Shown: positions 47,973 through 57,630, counted from the first letter of the stretch. The stretch is 64,000 bases of DNA from an uncultured Clostridiaceae bacterium (GCA_964477445.1 CAYZED010000004.1:16180-80179), one strand, 5' to 3'. Notes: a model not told the origin generated them from the letters alone. Program-made: numbers and translations.

Positions 47973-48995
47973 TTACATATTTATCACTTCAGGATTCAAA
48001 CAATTTTTTGGTGTTTCTCCATTTAATACACTCACAATACTATTCGCTGACAACAATGCCATTTTTATTCTTGTTTCATATGTTCCAGATGCAATATGGG
48101 GCGTTAAAACTACATTGTCAAGGCCAAGCAAATCCGCTTCTATTTCTGGTTCGTTTTCGTATACATCGAGTCCAGCCGCCCATATAGTACGTTCCTTAAG
48201 TGCCTTAACCAATGCTTTCTCATCCACAACGGGCCCTCTAGAAGTATTTATGAGTATAGCCGTTTTTTTCATAATGTTTAGTTCTTTCTCTCCAATTAAA
48301 TGCCTGGTCTTTTCCGTTAGTGGTACATGAAGAGAAACAAAATCTGATTCAGCTAAAAGTTCATTAAAATCAGTAAACAGTGCCCCAGTATCATTTTCAA
48401 AATCTAAATCTCTATTCTTTTTATTATATAAAACTTTCATATCAAATGCATTTGCTTTCCGTGCAAAATTTCCACCGATTCGACCAGTACCAATGACCCC
48501 GAGTGTCTTCCCCGTTATGTCCATTCCTAGTAATCTAATCGGATCCCAACCTTTAAATTTCCCTGCTCTGGTATATTCGTCACTTTCAACTACTCTTCTT
48601 GCTGCTGCAAAAAGTAGTGCCCACGCCAAATCGGCAGTCGCATTACTCAAAACATCAGGAGTATTAGTTATTGCGATTCCAAGTTCTGTAGCTTTTTTTA
48701 TATCAATATTATTATAACCTACTGCGTAATTGGCGAATACTTTACACTGCGTCCCTGCAGTTTGAATCACTTCCGCATCAATAACATCACTTAGCATACA
48801 CAAAACCCCGTCTTTGCCTTTTACACCATTTAACAATTCTTCTCTGGTCAATTCTCTGTCATCAGGGTTCACTTCCACCACAAAATATTCTCTTAATAAT
48901 TCAATTCCCTCTTCTGGTATTTTTCTAGTTACAAAAATCTTTCTCGTTTTCTCTGTTCTTATTACTTCAGCTATTTCAGTTTCTTTTCTCTCCAT
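47973..48995 (-). CDS. D-isomer-specific 2-hydroxyacid dehydrogenase (glyoxylate/hydroxypyruvate reductase-like)
   Basis: 340 aa. NAD motif GVIGTGRIG, catalytic R/E/H contexts (NTSRGPVVDE, VLTPHIASGT). Confidence 0.85.
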   Translation of the reverse strand: MERKETEIAEVIRTEKTRKIFVTRKIPEEGIELLREYFVVEVNPDDRELTREELLNGVKGKDGVLCMLSDVIDAEVIQTAGTQCKVFANYAVGYNNIDIKKATELGIAITNTPDVLSNATADLAWALLFAAARRVVESDEYTRAGKFKGWDPIRLLGMDITGKTLGVIGTGRIGGNFARKANAFDMKVLYNKKNRDLDFENDTGALFTDFNELLAESDFVSLHVPLTEKTRHLIGEKELNIMKKTAILINTSRGPVVDEKALVKALKERTIWAAGLDVYENEPEIEADLLGLDNVVLTPHIASGTYETRIKMALLSANSIVSVLNGETPKNCLNPEVINM

Positions 48996-49178
48996 ATTAG
49001 CTCCTCCATGTCTAAATCTTTTATATTATTCTATCAAATATCTCCCCTTAATTATATAAGCAATTGATTAGTATTAGTTAATGTGCGATAATTTTTGTGA
49101 CTAATTCAATAAAACAAAAAATCCGCACAAACGCCGTGCATAATGTGTCAAATTTAACCAGCGAGAGGTAGAATTAAT

Positions 49179-51236
49179 ATGAATAAAATCCGAAAAAAAA
49201 TCGCTATTATTACAGGCACAGAATCAACAAAAACGCACGTTTTGGAACAACTTTATCCTCTTCTCTCAGGCTTAGTAGATATTGAAAGCTACGCCACAGA
49301 TAGTAAAAATATGCCGATGCTAAATGTTGATTTAGCGATAATTACTTCACCATTAGTTAAAGACGAAGCCATACCGTTTATTAACAAAAATTGTACTGTT
49401 CTTTTTGCAAGAAGAGCATTAGATTTCTCTTCCCTAGAAAAATTATTTTCAATCCCTGAAAAATCTGAAGTTTTACTAGTAAACGATGAGAAAGAAACTG
49501 CATACGAAGTAATCGAGTTGCTCAAAGAATCCGGAATAGATCATTTTAACCTCACTCCATTTTACCCAGGCGCAATAATAGAAAAAAAGTTTGAAATTGC
49601 TATAACCCCTGGCGAGTCAGCATTCGCTCCAGAAGGTATATTTCAAACAATCGATATTGGCCCGAGACTAATTGATTTAACTACCGTCGTTGAGATTCTC
49701 CAAAAACTTGATTTAATGGACGAAAAGGCTCACTATGTTTCTGCGAAATACTTTGAAACCATTGTTCGACTAGGGAAACAACTATATCAATCAAACAAAG
49801 AATACACCCGTGCAAATGAAAATCTGAATAAAATTCTCAATAGGATTAATGATGGAATAATCGCCTTTACAAAAAATGGAAAAATCACAGTTTTTAATCA
49901 AAAAAGCGAAGAAATTTTTATGATTCCCTACAAATCCGCCATCGGCAAGAATATTAGCAAAGTTATAAAAGATCCAGAGTTAATTAATTACTTGGTTGAT
50001 AAATCCTCCGAATACGATCATTTGTACACTATTGGGGATATCAAATATGCTATTACTCGATTCTTCTCGGACAGACTAGATGCTTATGTCGTAACTATTA
50101 AAAGTTCTGAAGATATAGCTGTTCTCGAAACAAAAATGCGTAGAAATTTGATACAAAGAGGACATATTGCGAAATATAGTTTCAACGATATCATTTATAA
50201 ATCAGAAGCTATGAAGAACACCGTTGAAATAGCAAAAAAAATCGCTCGAACTGAATTATCAACTCTAATATATGGAGAAAGCGGAACGGGAAAGGAACTT
50301 TTTGCTAGTTCAATACATAATTTCTCTCATAGGGCTGGCGGGCCTTTTCTTGCAGTAAATTTCAGTGCATTGCCAGAATCTTTGGTTGAGAGTGAATTAT
50401 TCGGCTATGAAGATGGCGCCTTTACTGGAGCTAGAAAAGGTGGTCACATAGGGTTGTTTGAGCAAGCTAATGGCGGAACTATATTTTTAGATGAAATTGG
50501 CGATACCTCTCCAAAAATTCAAGCTCGACTTCTTAGAGTTCTGCAAGAAAAGGAGATTATGAAGGTCGGCGGTTCAAAAATAATTCCGGTAAATGTGAGG
50601 GTTATCGCTGCTACTAATAAAAATTTAGTTGAAATGTGTAAGGCCGGCTCCTTCCGCGAAGATCTTTATTACCGATTGAAAAAGCTTTATTTAGCTACTC
50701 CAACCCTCCGAAATAGAAAAAACGATATTCCAGAGTTGATAAAATACTTCCTTCAGTTAAATAATTCTTCTCAATATGATTTAAGTCAAAATGTTCTGAA
50801 TGCTTTAGCATCTTATGAATGGCCAGGAAATGTTCGAGAACTTGAAAACACTGTTGAATACATGCTAGCTGTTTGTGATGGATGTGAAATAAATATCGAT
50901 CACCTTCCTCAAGACATTTGTTGCTCAAAAGAAGCTTCAAATGAACCAAATTCGATATATATCGAATTGTGCAACAAAGGCAACATCGACGAATATTTGT
51001 TCATATTAAACGCTATTGAGGCAAGACAAAAAAGCGGGCTTTCTATTGGTCGAAAAACACTAAGTGACATTACTTCTGCATTTCATTACAAGTTATCAGA
51101 AGAACAAATCAGATCCCGAACCGATACTTTATTAGCGATGGATCTAATCTCTAAAAATCGCGGACGTGGCGGCATGAATATTACAAAAAAAGGCTCAAAT
51201 TTTTTGTTTTCATTGGTTACGTGTTCAACCAATTAA
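49179..51236 (+). CDS. sigma-54-dependent transcriptional activator (bEBP) with PAS sensor region and atypical winged-helix-like C-terminus
   Basis: 685 aa. AAA+ Walker A GESGTGKE, sigma-54 contact loop GAFTGA, Walker B IFLDEIG, PAS-like DGIIAFTKNGKITVFN. No receiver domain. Confidence 0.88.
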   Translation: MNKIRKKIAIITGTESTKTHVLEQLYPLLSGLVDIESYATDSKNMPMLNVDLAIITSPLVKDEAIPFINKNCTVLFARRALDFSSLEKLFSIPEKSEVLLVNDEKETAYEVIELLKESGIDHFNLTPFYPGAIIEKKFEIAITPGESAFAPEGIFQTIDIGPRLIDLTTVVEILQKLDLMDEKAHYVSAKYFETIVRLGKQLYQSNKEYTRANENLNKILNRINDGIIAFTKNGKITVFNQKSEEIFMIPYKSAIGKNISKVIKDPELINYLVDKSSEYDHLYTIGDIKYAITRFFSDRLDAYVVTIKSSEDIAVLETKMRRNLIQRGHIAKYSFNDIIYKSEAMKNTVEIAKKIARTELSTLIYGESGTGKELFASSIHNFSHRAGGPFLAVNFSALPESLVESELFGYEDGAFTGARKGGHIGLFEQANGGTIFLDEIGDTSPKIQARLLRVLQEKEIMKVGGSKIIPVNVRVIAATNKNLVEMCKAGSFREDLYYRLKKLYLATPTLRNRKNDIPELIKYFLQLNNSSQYDLSQNVLNALASYEWPGNVRELENTVEYMLAVCDGCEINIDHLPQDICCSKEASNEPNSIYIELCNKGNIDEYLFILNAIEARQKSGLSIGRKTLSDITSAFHYKLSEEQIRSRTDTLLAMDLISKNRGRGGMNITKKGSNFLFSLVTCSTN

Positions 51237-51389
51237 TCACCCATATGCACCCATAAAATGATGTGATATTAGTTGCAAAATTGATTTGGATTGTGCACAA
51301 TCTCAAAAAAGAGTCATTCACCAATTCAAGCGGTGGGTGACTCTTGAATTTGTGTTCTATTATTGATCAAAGCGGTCCGTATAGTCTTT

Positions 51390-51865
51390 CCTTATGGCGC
51401 TATCCAGTATTAATTTTTGTTCAAATTTATTTAAATATCTAATATAACAAAAATTCGTACATATTAATGTGACTCTATCGGTGCATTACATCGACTTTTA
51501 AAGCTACTATGGCAGCTTTTTTGAGAAAGAAACAATATAGTATACCTTACCTTATGACGCTATCTAGTACTAATTTTTGTTCAAATTTATTTAAATATCT
51601 AATATAACAAAAATTCGTACAGATTAATGTGACTCTATCATTGACTTTTAAAGCTACTATGGCAGCTTTAACGAGAAAGAAACAGTATACTTAAGCTTAC
51701 CTTATGGCGCTATCCAGTACTAATTTTTGTTCAAATTTATTTAAATATCTAATACAACAAAAATTCGTACAGATTAATGTGACTCTATCATTGACTTTTA
51801 AAGCTACTATGGCAGCTTTAACGTCAAAAGAAACAGTGTAATTAAGCTTGCCTTATGACGCTATT
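51390..51865 (+). repeat. 3 full + 1 partial tandem copies of a ~150-160 bp non-coding module
   Basis: Units begin at CCTTATG(G/A)CGCTAT at 51390, 51550, 51700 and 51851, giving periods of 160, 150 and 151 bp. Copy 1 carries a 13-bp insertion (GGTGCATTACATC). By eye, only scattered substitutions separate the copies. Confidence 0.92.
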
Positions 51866-51959
51866 CGCATTAATAGTGTTTCTATGTTCATGGATAGTCA
51901 GCTTCTCTCCTCGGCTCCGCCGAGTTCCAGCTGATAGAAACACTAAAATTAATGCGAAT
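51863..51959. repeat. 97-bp long inverted repeat (23-bp arms) with nested GC hairpin, abutting the sigma-54 promoter
   Basis: Arms ATTCGCATTAATAGTGTTTCTAT (51863-51885) and ATAGAAACACT-aaa-ATTAATGCGAAT (51934-51959): 23/23 complementary with a 3-nt bulge. Inner TCAGCT/AGCTGA and CTCGGC-tcc-GCCGAG. Confidence 0.9.
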
Positions 51960-51964
51960 GCTCT

Positions 51965-51980
51965 TGGCATGCTTCTTGCT
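51965..51980 (+). promoter_or_regulatory. sigma-54 (-24/-12) promoter TGGCAT-N5-TTGCT
   Basis: GG at 51966-7 and GC at 51978-9, with the canonical 12-nt G-to-G spacing. Lies 40 nt upstream of the yfcC-like ATG and downstream of a bEBP gene. Confidence 0.8.
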
Positions 51981-52019
51981 TAATATTAAGTTAATAAATA
52001 TTAAGGAGGGGTTAAACTT

Positions 52020-53741
52020 ATGTCGGAACAAATTAAAAAGAACCGCGAAATCAAAATGCCTCATACCTACGTTATCATTTTTGGTGTTATCCTATTCTGT
52101 TGGCTTCTGACGTTCTTACTACCACTCGGAAAATTTGATGTCCACAAAATTACTTACACAGATGCCAGTGGAAAAGAGAAAACAAAAACCGTTCTTATTA
52201 CTACTTCTTTCCGTTACCAGTATGCTCTTGACAATGCAAAGCTTAGTTCAGCGTTATCAACAATCGCTGCTGACGAAGCTAAACTTACAGGCGCGGGTCT
52301 AGACAAAACCGCTATTGAAGATTTACTAAAAACCGACCAAACTACTTGGACTAACTCAAGTCTAGAAGAAATCGGTCTTACTGAAACTGTCATATATGAT
52401 TTGTTTAAAGAAACTGTATATGACACCTCTAAAAAACTTAAACACAGCCCTGGAATTTGGGGAACTGATGATTTTTATGGCTTCGGTATTCTGAATTATG
52501 TTTTCGAAGGACTCGTTACTGGGGATAAATGGGGCTCAGCTGTCGGAATTGTAGCTTTTATTCTCGTAATTGGTGGTGCTTTCGGAATAATTATGAGAAC
52601 TGGTGCTATAGATGCTGGTATTTATAGCTTTATTGGAAAAATTAAAGGATATGAATCGCTTTCGATTCCTCTACTCTTTATTCTTTTCTCACTTGGAGGT
52701 GCTATCTTTGGGATGTCAGAAGAGACAATTCCTTTTGCAATGATAATTATTCCTTTTGTTATTGCGATTGGCTATGACTCGCTGACAGGTATTGCCGTTA
52801 CTTTCGTGGCAACTCAAGTGGGAAATGCTGCTTCTTGGATGAATCCTTTCGGTGTCGCAATTGCTCAAGGTATTGCAGGAGTTCCAGTTCTATCAGGGGC
52901 ACCTTTTAGAATGGTTATGTGGGTAGTATTCACTGGCGCTGCTGTTACTTATTTAATGTTTTATTGCAAAAAAATCAAGAAAAATCCAGAAGCTTCTCCG
53001 GTCTATAACACTGATAATTACTGGAGAACAATGCATCAATCAAAAGAAGGCGAAAAAATCCAACTTAAACTTGGTCATATATTAGTACTTCTCTCACTCC
53101 TTGCAGGTATTATATGGGTTGTTTGGGGCGTTACAGAAAAGGGCTATTATATCCCAGAAATCGCTTCACAATTCTTCACTATGGGTCTCGTAGCAGGTAT
53201 AATTGCTGTAATATTTAAAATTGGCGACATGACACTAAACGATATTGCTTCTTCCTTCTCAAAAGGTGCAGGCGATTTAGTTGGAGCAGCAGTTGTTGTT
53301 GGTATGGCAAAAGGAGTTTTGCTTGTTCTAGGCGGTTCAGATGCAAGTACTCCTACAGTTTTGAATACCATCCTTAATGCTACAGGAAACGCACTAAAAG
53401 GCTTACCATCAACTATTGTGGCAGTTTTAATGTACGCTTTCCAAAGCGTATTCAATTTCTTCGTTACATCGAACTCAGGACAAGCAGCCCTTACAATGCC
53501 TATTCTCGCACCATTATCTGATTTAGTTGGTGTAACAAGACAGGTAGCAGTTCTTGCTTATCAAATGGGTTCTGGTTTCGCAGATGCTATAGTTCCAACA
53601 TCCGCAAGTCTTATGGGTGTTCTTGGTGTAGCTAGAGTTGAATGGGGAACTTGGGCAAAATGGCAAATCAAAATGCAAGGATTCTTCTTTGTACTTGGTA
53701 CAATATTCATAGTAGTAGCTGTTCTAATTAATTTTAGTTAG
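52020..53741 (+). CDS. YfcC-family (DcuC/AbgT-like fold) anaerobic transporter
   Basis: 573 aa. ~12 TM helices with a soluble insert after TM1. MPHTYVIIFGVI opening and FGMSEETIPF motif are typical of YfcC family. SD AAGGAGGGG. Confidence 0.7.
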   Translation: MSEQIKKNREIKMPHTYVIIFGVILFCWLLTFLLPLGKFDVHKITYTDASGKEKTKTVLITTSFRYQYALDNAKLSSALSTIAADEAKLTGAGLDKTAIEDLLKTDQTTWTNSSLEEIGLTETVIYDLFKETVYDTSKKLKHSPGIWGTDDFYGFGILNYVFEGLVTGDKWGSAVGIVAFILVIGGAFGIIMRTGAIDAGIYSFIGKIKGYESLSIPLLFILFSLGGAIFGMSEETIPFAMIIIPFVIAIGYDSLTGIAVTFVATQVGNAASWMNPFGVAIAQGIAGVPVLSGAPFRMVMWVVFTGAAVTYLMFYCKKIKKNPEASPVYNTDNYWRTMHQSKEGEKIQLKLGHILVLLSLLAGIIWVVWGVTEKGYYIPEIASQFFTMGLVAGIIAVIFKIGDMTLNDIASSFSKGAGDLVGAAVVVGMAKGVLLVLGGSDASTPTVLNTILNATGNALKGLPSTIVAVLMYAFQSVFNFFVTSNSGQAALTMPILAPLSDLVGVTRQVAVLAYQMGSGFADAIVPTSASLMGVLGVARVEWGTWAKWQIKMQGFFFVLGTIFIVVAVLINFS

Positions 53742-53811
53742 TAGTAATAAATAGAATCATTTTCATAGTTCTTATACCTGTAATTTATAGTATACAAATA
53801 AGGAGAGTCAC

Positions 53812-55005
53812 ATGATGAAGTTGATTAAAAATGCAGAACTTTACGCTCCGGAATACCAAGGTAAAAAAGATATACTCATTGCTGGAGGTAAAATTATAGA
53901 AGTTTCTGACTGTATAGATATCGAAATAAAAAAAGGAGCTTCAATTGAATTAATCGATGCAACCGGTAAAATAGTTACGCCAGGATTCATTGACTCTCAT
54001 GTCCATATACTAGGTGGAGGCGGCGAAGGCGGCTTTAAGAGTCGCACTCCAGAAATCTCCCTCTCCGATATCACCAGTGCCGGAATTACTACGATAGTCG
54101 GCTGTTTAGGAACTGACGGAGTAACTCGAGATCCACTAAGTTTATTAGCAAAGGCACGATCCCTTGAAGAAGAAGGTGTTTCTACTTTTATTTATACTGG
54201 ATCTTATCGTTTGCCATTAAGGACCATTACTAAGGATCTTATGAATGACATTATTATTATTGACAAAGTAATTGGTGCCGGAGAAGTTGCGATTTCTGAC
54301 CACAGATCCTCGCAACCCACTTTAAACGAACTAAAAAGACTCGTAGCTGATGTCCGAGTCGCTGGAATGTTATCTGGAAAAGCTGGAATTGTTAATATCC
54401 ATCTTGGAGACAGTATAGAAATGCTAAATCCAATTATTCAGATTGTTAAAGAAACTGGCATTCCTGCTAAACAATTCATCCCGACTCATGTAAACAGAAA
54501 TAAAAAGCTTTTTACTCAGGGCCGCGAGTATGCGAAAAATGGTGGCTATATTGACTTTACTACCAGTTCTGACCCTTCCTTCTGGGAAGGAGAAAACGGC
54601 GAAACACGTGGCAGTATTGCACTGAAAATTTGTCTTGAAGAAGGAGTACCGATTCAAAACATAACTTTTTCTTCTGACGGACAGGGAAGTCTTCCATTAT
54701 TTAATGAAAAGAACGAACTGATTGGTCTATGTCTCGGTAGTGTTAAATCCCTCTATGATGAAGTAATTGATGCTGTGATAAATCACAATGTGCCTTTTGA
54801 GAATGCACTAATGACAATAACCATAAATCCAGCTACAGCATTGAAGCTTCATAAAAAAGGAAGAGTCTCTTCTGGTTGCGATGCAGATATTTGCATAATT
54901 AACAAAGAAACTCTAGTATTAGACACAGTTATCGCAAAAGGTCAAGTTATGGTAGAAGGCGGATTAATCAAAGTTTATGGGACTTTCGAAACACACAGAG
55001 CTTGA
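53812..55005 (+). CDS. iadA: isoaspartyl (beta-aspartyl) dipeptidase
   Basis: 397 aa, collinear with E. coli IadA: PGFIDSHVHILGGGGEGG, VGCLGTDG, AISDHRSS, IPTHVNRN, SSDGQGS, C-terminal GTFET. Confidence 0.88.
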   Translation: MMKLIKNAELYAPEYQGKKDILIAGGKIIEVSDCIDIEIKKGASIELIDATGKIVTPGFIDSHVHILGGGGEGGFKSRTPEISLSDITSAGITTIVGCLGTDGVTRDPLSLLAKARSLEEEGVSTFIYTGSYRLPLRTITKDLMNDIIIIDKVIGAGEVAISDHRSSQPTLNELKRLVADVRVAGMLSGKAGIVNIHLGDSIEMLNPIIQIVKETGIPAKQFIPTHVNRNKKLFTQGREYAKNGGYIDFTTSSDPSFWEGENGETRGSIALKICLEEGVPIQNITFSSDGQGSLPLFNEKNELIGLCLGSVKSLYDEVIDAVINHNVPFENALMTITINPATALKLHKKGRVSSGCDADICIINKETLVLDTVIAKGQVMVEGGLIKVYGTFETHRA

Positions 55006-55030
55006 AGCTTTTAATTAAATGATGTATCAT

Positions 55031-55076
55031 AAAAAAGGTGTCAACGAAAAATTTAATGATTCGTGACACCTTTTTT
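55031..55076 (+). terminator. intrinsic terminator after iadA
   Basis: AAGGTGTCAACGAA-loop-TTCGTGACACCTT (13 bp, one bulge) followed by T6. Confidence 0.8.
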
Positions 55077-55115
55077 GATGCAAATAGCAATATCAGCTTA
55101 TTTTGGGGGAAAATT

Positions 55116-56039
55116 ATGAAAAAAAAATTAAATACAAAAGCCATTTCAAGCAGAAATATATATATGTTAAACACAAACGCAAAGAATTTATTGATTGATT
55201 TAATAACTTTATCAATTGCTGTTTTTCTTATTTGTTTTTCAATCAGCACAATTTTGGTTCCAAACGGTCTAGTTACTGGAGGCCTGGCAGGTTCATCAAT
55301 TTTAATTAGCAAGTTAACCGGAATAAATTATACATATGTTAACTATTTTCTATCTCTTTTGATTTTGTTATCATCATGGATTTTTACAGGGCGTAAAGAA
55401 ACATTTAAAATTATAGCTCTTTCGATTATCGTCCCTACAACACTTCTAATAATGGAAAAAACACATTATGTCTTTATAAAAAACGATATGATGTTAGCTT
55501 CTATCTATTTTGGGATTGTTCTTGGACTTGGATGCGGTTTGATTTTAAAACGCGGATATTCAATGGGTGGATCTGATACTATCGCAAAAATTCTACACAA
55601 AAAAGTTTTCACTTTTATCGGGATAAGCGAGATTTTGCTTGTAATAGATGGCATTGTAATAATCTCCTCTATGTTTATCTTAAACAAAAACGTAGCATTA
55701 TACGCGATATTATCACAAATAATTTTTGTGCTTGTAATCGACATGGTCATGTATGGATTCGGATCAAAAATGGTGAAAATTGAAATCATGAGCGAAAAAA
55801 CCAACGAAATAAACGATTTTGTAATTAATGAAATCACTAGAGGCACTACTTCGTATGATGTACGCGGTGGATATATGAATCAATTGCGAAAAAAAATAGT
55901 AACTGTATGCTCACCGAGAGAATGCGCTAAGATCAGAAAATTCATTTCAGAAATTGACCCTAACGCATTTATTACAATTACTACTTTATCTTCAGTTTTA
56001 GGAAAAGGTGTGGGATTTGATAGTCTCTCTGGAGATTAA
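55116..56039 (+). CDS. YitT-family membrane protein (DUF161 + C-terminal DUF2179)
   Basis: TM repeats with GLVTGGLAGSS / GGSDTIAKIL, C-terminal soluble TVCSPRECAKIRKFI..DPNAFITI. The ATG at 55116 follows GGGGGA; the ORF-track start at 55038 lies inside the iadA terminator. Confidence 0.8.
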   Translation: MKKKLNTKAISSRNIYMLNTNAKNLLIDLITLSIAVFLICFSISTILVPNGLVTGGLAGSSILISKLTGINYTYVNYFLSLLILLSSWIFTGRKETFKIIALSIIVPTTLLIMEKTHYVFIKNDMMLASIYFGIVLGLGCGLILKRGYSMGGSDTIAKILHKKVFTFIGISEILLVIDGIVIISSMFILNKNVALYAILSQIIFVLVIDMVMYGFGSKMVKIEIMSEKTNEINDFVINEITRGTTSYDVRGGYMNQLRKKIVTVCSPRECAKIRKFISEIDPNAFITITTLSSVLGKGVGFDSLSGD

Positions 56040-56111
56040 GGCTTCGGAAAACACTATCTCTTTGATTACTGATTTCGTGAAAATTAACCAATCACTCGAT
56101 AATCCCCTTAA

Positions 56112-57626
56112 TTATGCATAAATCAAAATATCTTTATTAAAGAATTTCTTAAAAGAATAGCTATTTAACATAGCTGACTCAATATCAAGGCCAGGGTATT
56201 CTTTCGACTCGAGTTTAACAAAAACTTTATCACCCTTAATCTCCACTTTTAGATCTGATACATTTCCTACTTCTGACCTATCAAGCTGTTCTGCAAGTTG
56301 AAGAAATATTCCCAATTTTTGAAGTCTAGTCAATTCATCTTTTGAGAAAAAACCTTCAAATATTCTAAATCTGTCCTTAATGACGCCACCTCGATGAATC
56401 GCTACTAAGTATGATACCTTCATTTGTTCAAGATAGGTAAGCCCATCAATTCTTCCATTAAGAATAAGATACATACCATGAAGATTATGATTATTATATT
56501 CTACATGCACTCCTATATCGTGGAGAAGCGCCGCGACACTAAGTACTTTTTTTTCATTTAACCCAAAATCATGAAGTTCAGATGTACTATCAAAAAGGCT
56601 AAGGGTTAGTTCCTCAACTTTATGGTGGTGTGCAGGATTGGAGGTGAATCTTCTCATAATGTTTATGGTGCTATGCTTTAATACATTGTCAACTACAATC
56701 GGTATTCCTTTTTTCTCAAAATACTTTTCATAAAAGTAGCCATCCTTTAACCCATCAGCACTAATAATCAATTCGTGCGACCCCATAATATCCATCATTA
56801 CTTTAAGAGGCATTATTCCTACTGGCATAATATCTGCTCTTTTTTTATTAATTCCATCAACTTTTTCAAGTTCCGACGGTTCTAATCCATGAATTAAGCT
56901 GATAATTTCTTCAACCACATCTTTTTTCATATGGTAATTATGCAAATTATTTAAGGGTAACTGATTTTTTGCAATATCTATTTTTGCGACAGATCTATTA
57001 ATCCCACCAAGCCCTATTATCGGCAGACCCTTTGCCTCATTAACCCATGTTGTTTTTTCCAATTCCTTAATTAGAAAGCTTTCGACAGCTTCAAACCGTT
57101 TTTTTCGGCTCTTAATACTTAAAAAGTGCTCTGTCAAAGTAACCGAACCATAAGGCAAACAGACCGAGCTCATTAGCTTTCGATTTTTTATCCAGCCAAT
57201 CTCGATACTTGCTCCACCAACATCCAGCAAAATTGCGTTATCAATAGAAATTGTATTTATTACTCCTAAATAATCATAATATGTTTCTTGTTCACCTGTT
57301 AACACTGTAAATTCAAGAGCGGTATCACTTTTAACCTTTTCTAGGAACTGACTCTGATTCTTCGCAATTCTAACCGCTGCAGTACTTAGAGCATAAATTT
57401 CTTCAACATTGTTAATATCTATCAAGCTTTTGAAATGTTTTAATGCACTAAGAGTTCTCTTTATGGGTTCCGGCTTCAAAAATTGGTCAGAATCCAAACC
57501 TTCGCTGAGTCTTACCATTTGTTTGGCTTGATCAAATATTCCATATCCACCTTTATCGCTTATTCCATAAATATTCATTCTTACTGAGTTAGATCCTAAA
57601 TCAATAACTGCAACCTTTCTCTTCAA
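56112..57626 (-). CDS. ppx: Ppx/GppA-family exopolyphosphatase (copy 2, canonical HD)
   Basis: 504 aa. Actin-like ATPase fold VIDLGSNSVRMNIY, DVGGASIE. C-terminal HD module ALLHDIGVHV. Confidence 0.85.
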   Translation of the reverse strand: MKRKVAVIDLGSNSVRMNIYGISDKGGYGIFDQAKQMVRLSEGLDSDQFLKPEPIKRTLSALKHFKSLIDINNVEEIYALSTAAVRIAKNQSQFLEKVKSDTALEFTVLTGEQETYYDYLGVINTISIDNAILLDVGGASIEIGWIKNRKLMSSVCLPYGSVTLTEHFLSIKSRKKRFEAVESFLIKELEKTTWVNEAKGLPIIGLGGINRSVAKIDIAKNQLPLNNLHNYHMKKDVVEEIISLIHGLEPSELEKVDGINKKRADIMPVGIMPLKVMMDIMGSHELIISADGLKDGYFYEKYFEKKGIPIVVDNVLKHSTINIMRRFTSNPAHHHKVEELTLSLFDSTSELHDFGLNEKKVLSVAALLHDIGVHVEYNNHNLHGMYLILNGRIDGLTYLEQMKVSYLVAIHRGGVIKDRFRIFEGFFSKDELTRLQKLGIFLQLAEQLDRSEVGNVSDLKVEIKGDKVFVKLESKEYPGLDIESAMLNSYSFKKFFNKDILIYA

Positions 57627-57630
57627 GTCA

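Noticed and set aside
51390-51865. 150-bp repeats as a mobile element, a CRISPR array or an RNA-gene cluster
   Set aside because: No transposase or integrase and no ORF with an SD inside the units. There are no tRNA- or rRNA-like motifs. The repeat length and the lack of spacers exclude CRISPR. A promoter-upstream duplication fits better.
54968-55312. 114-aa minus-strand ORF spanning the iadA end and the yitT start
   Set aside because: It overlaps the iadA terminator hairpin and the well-supported yitT coding region. No SD and no motif.
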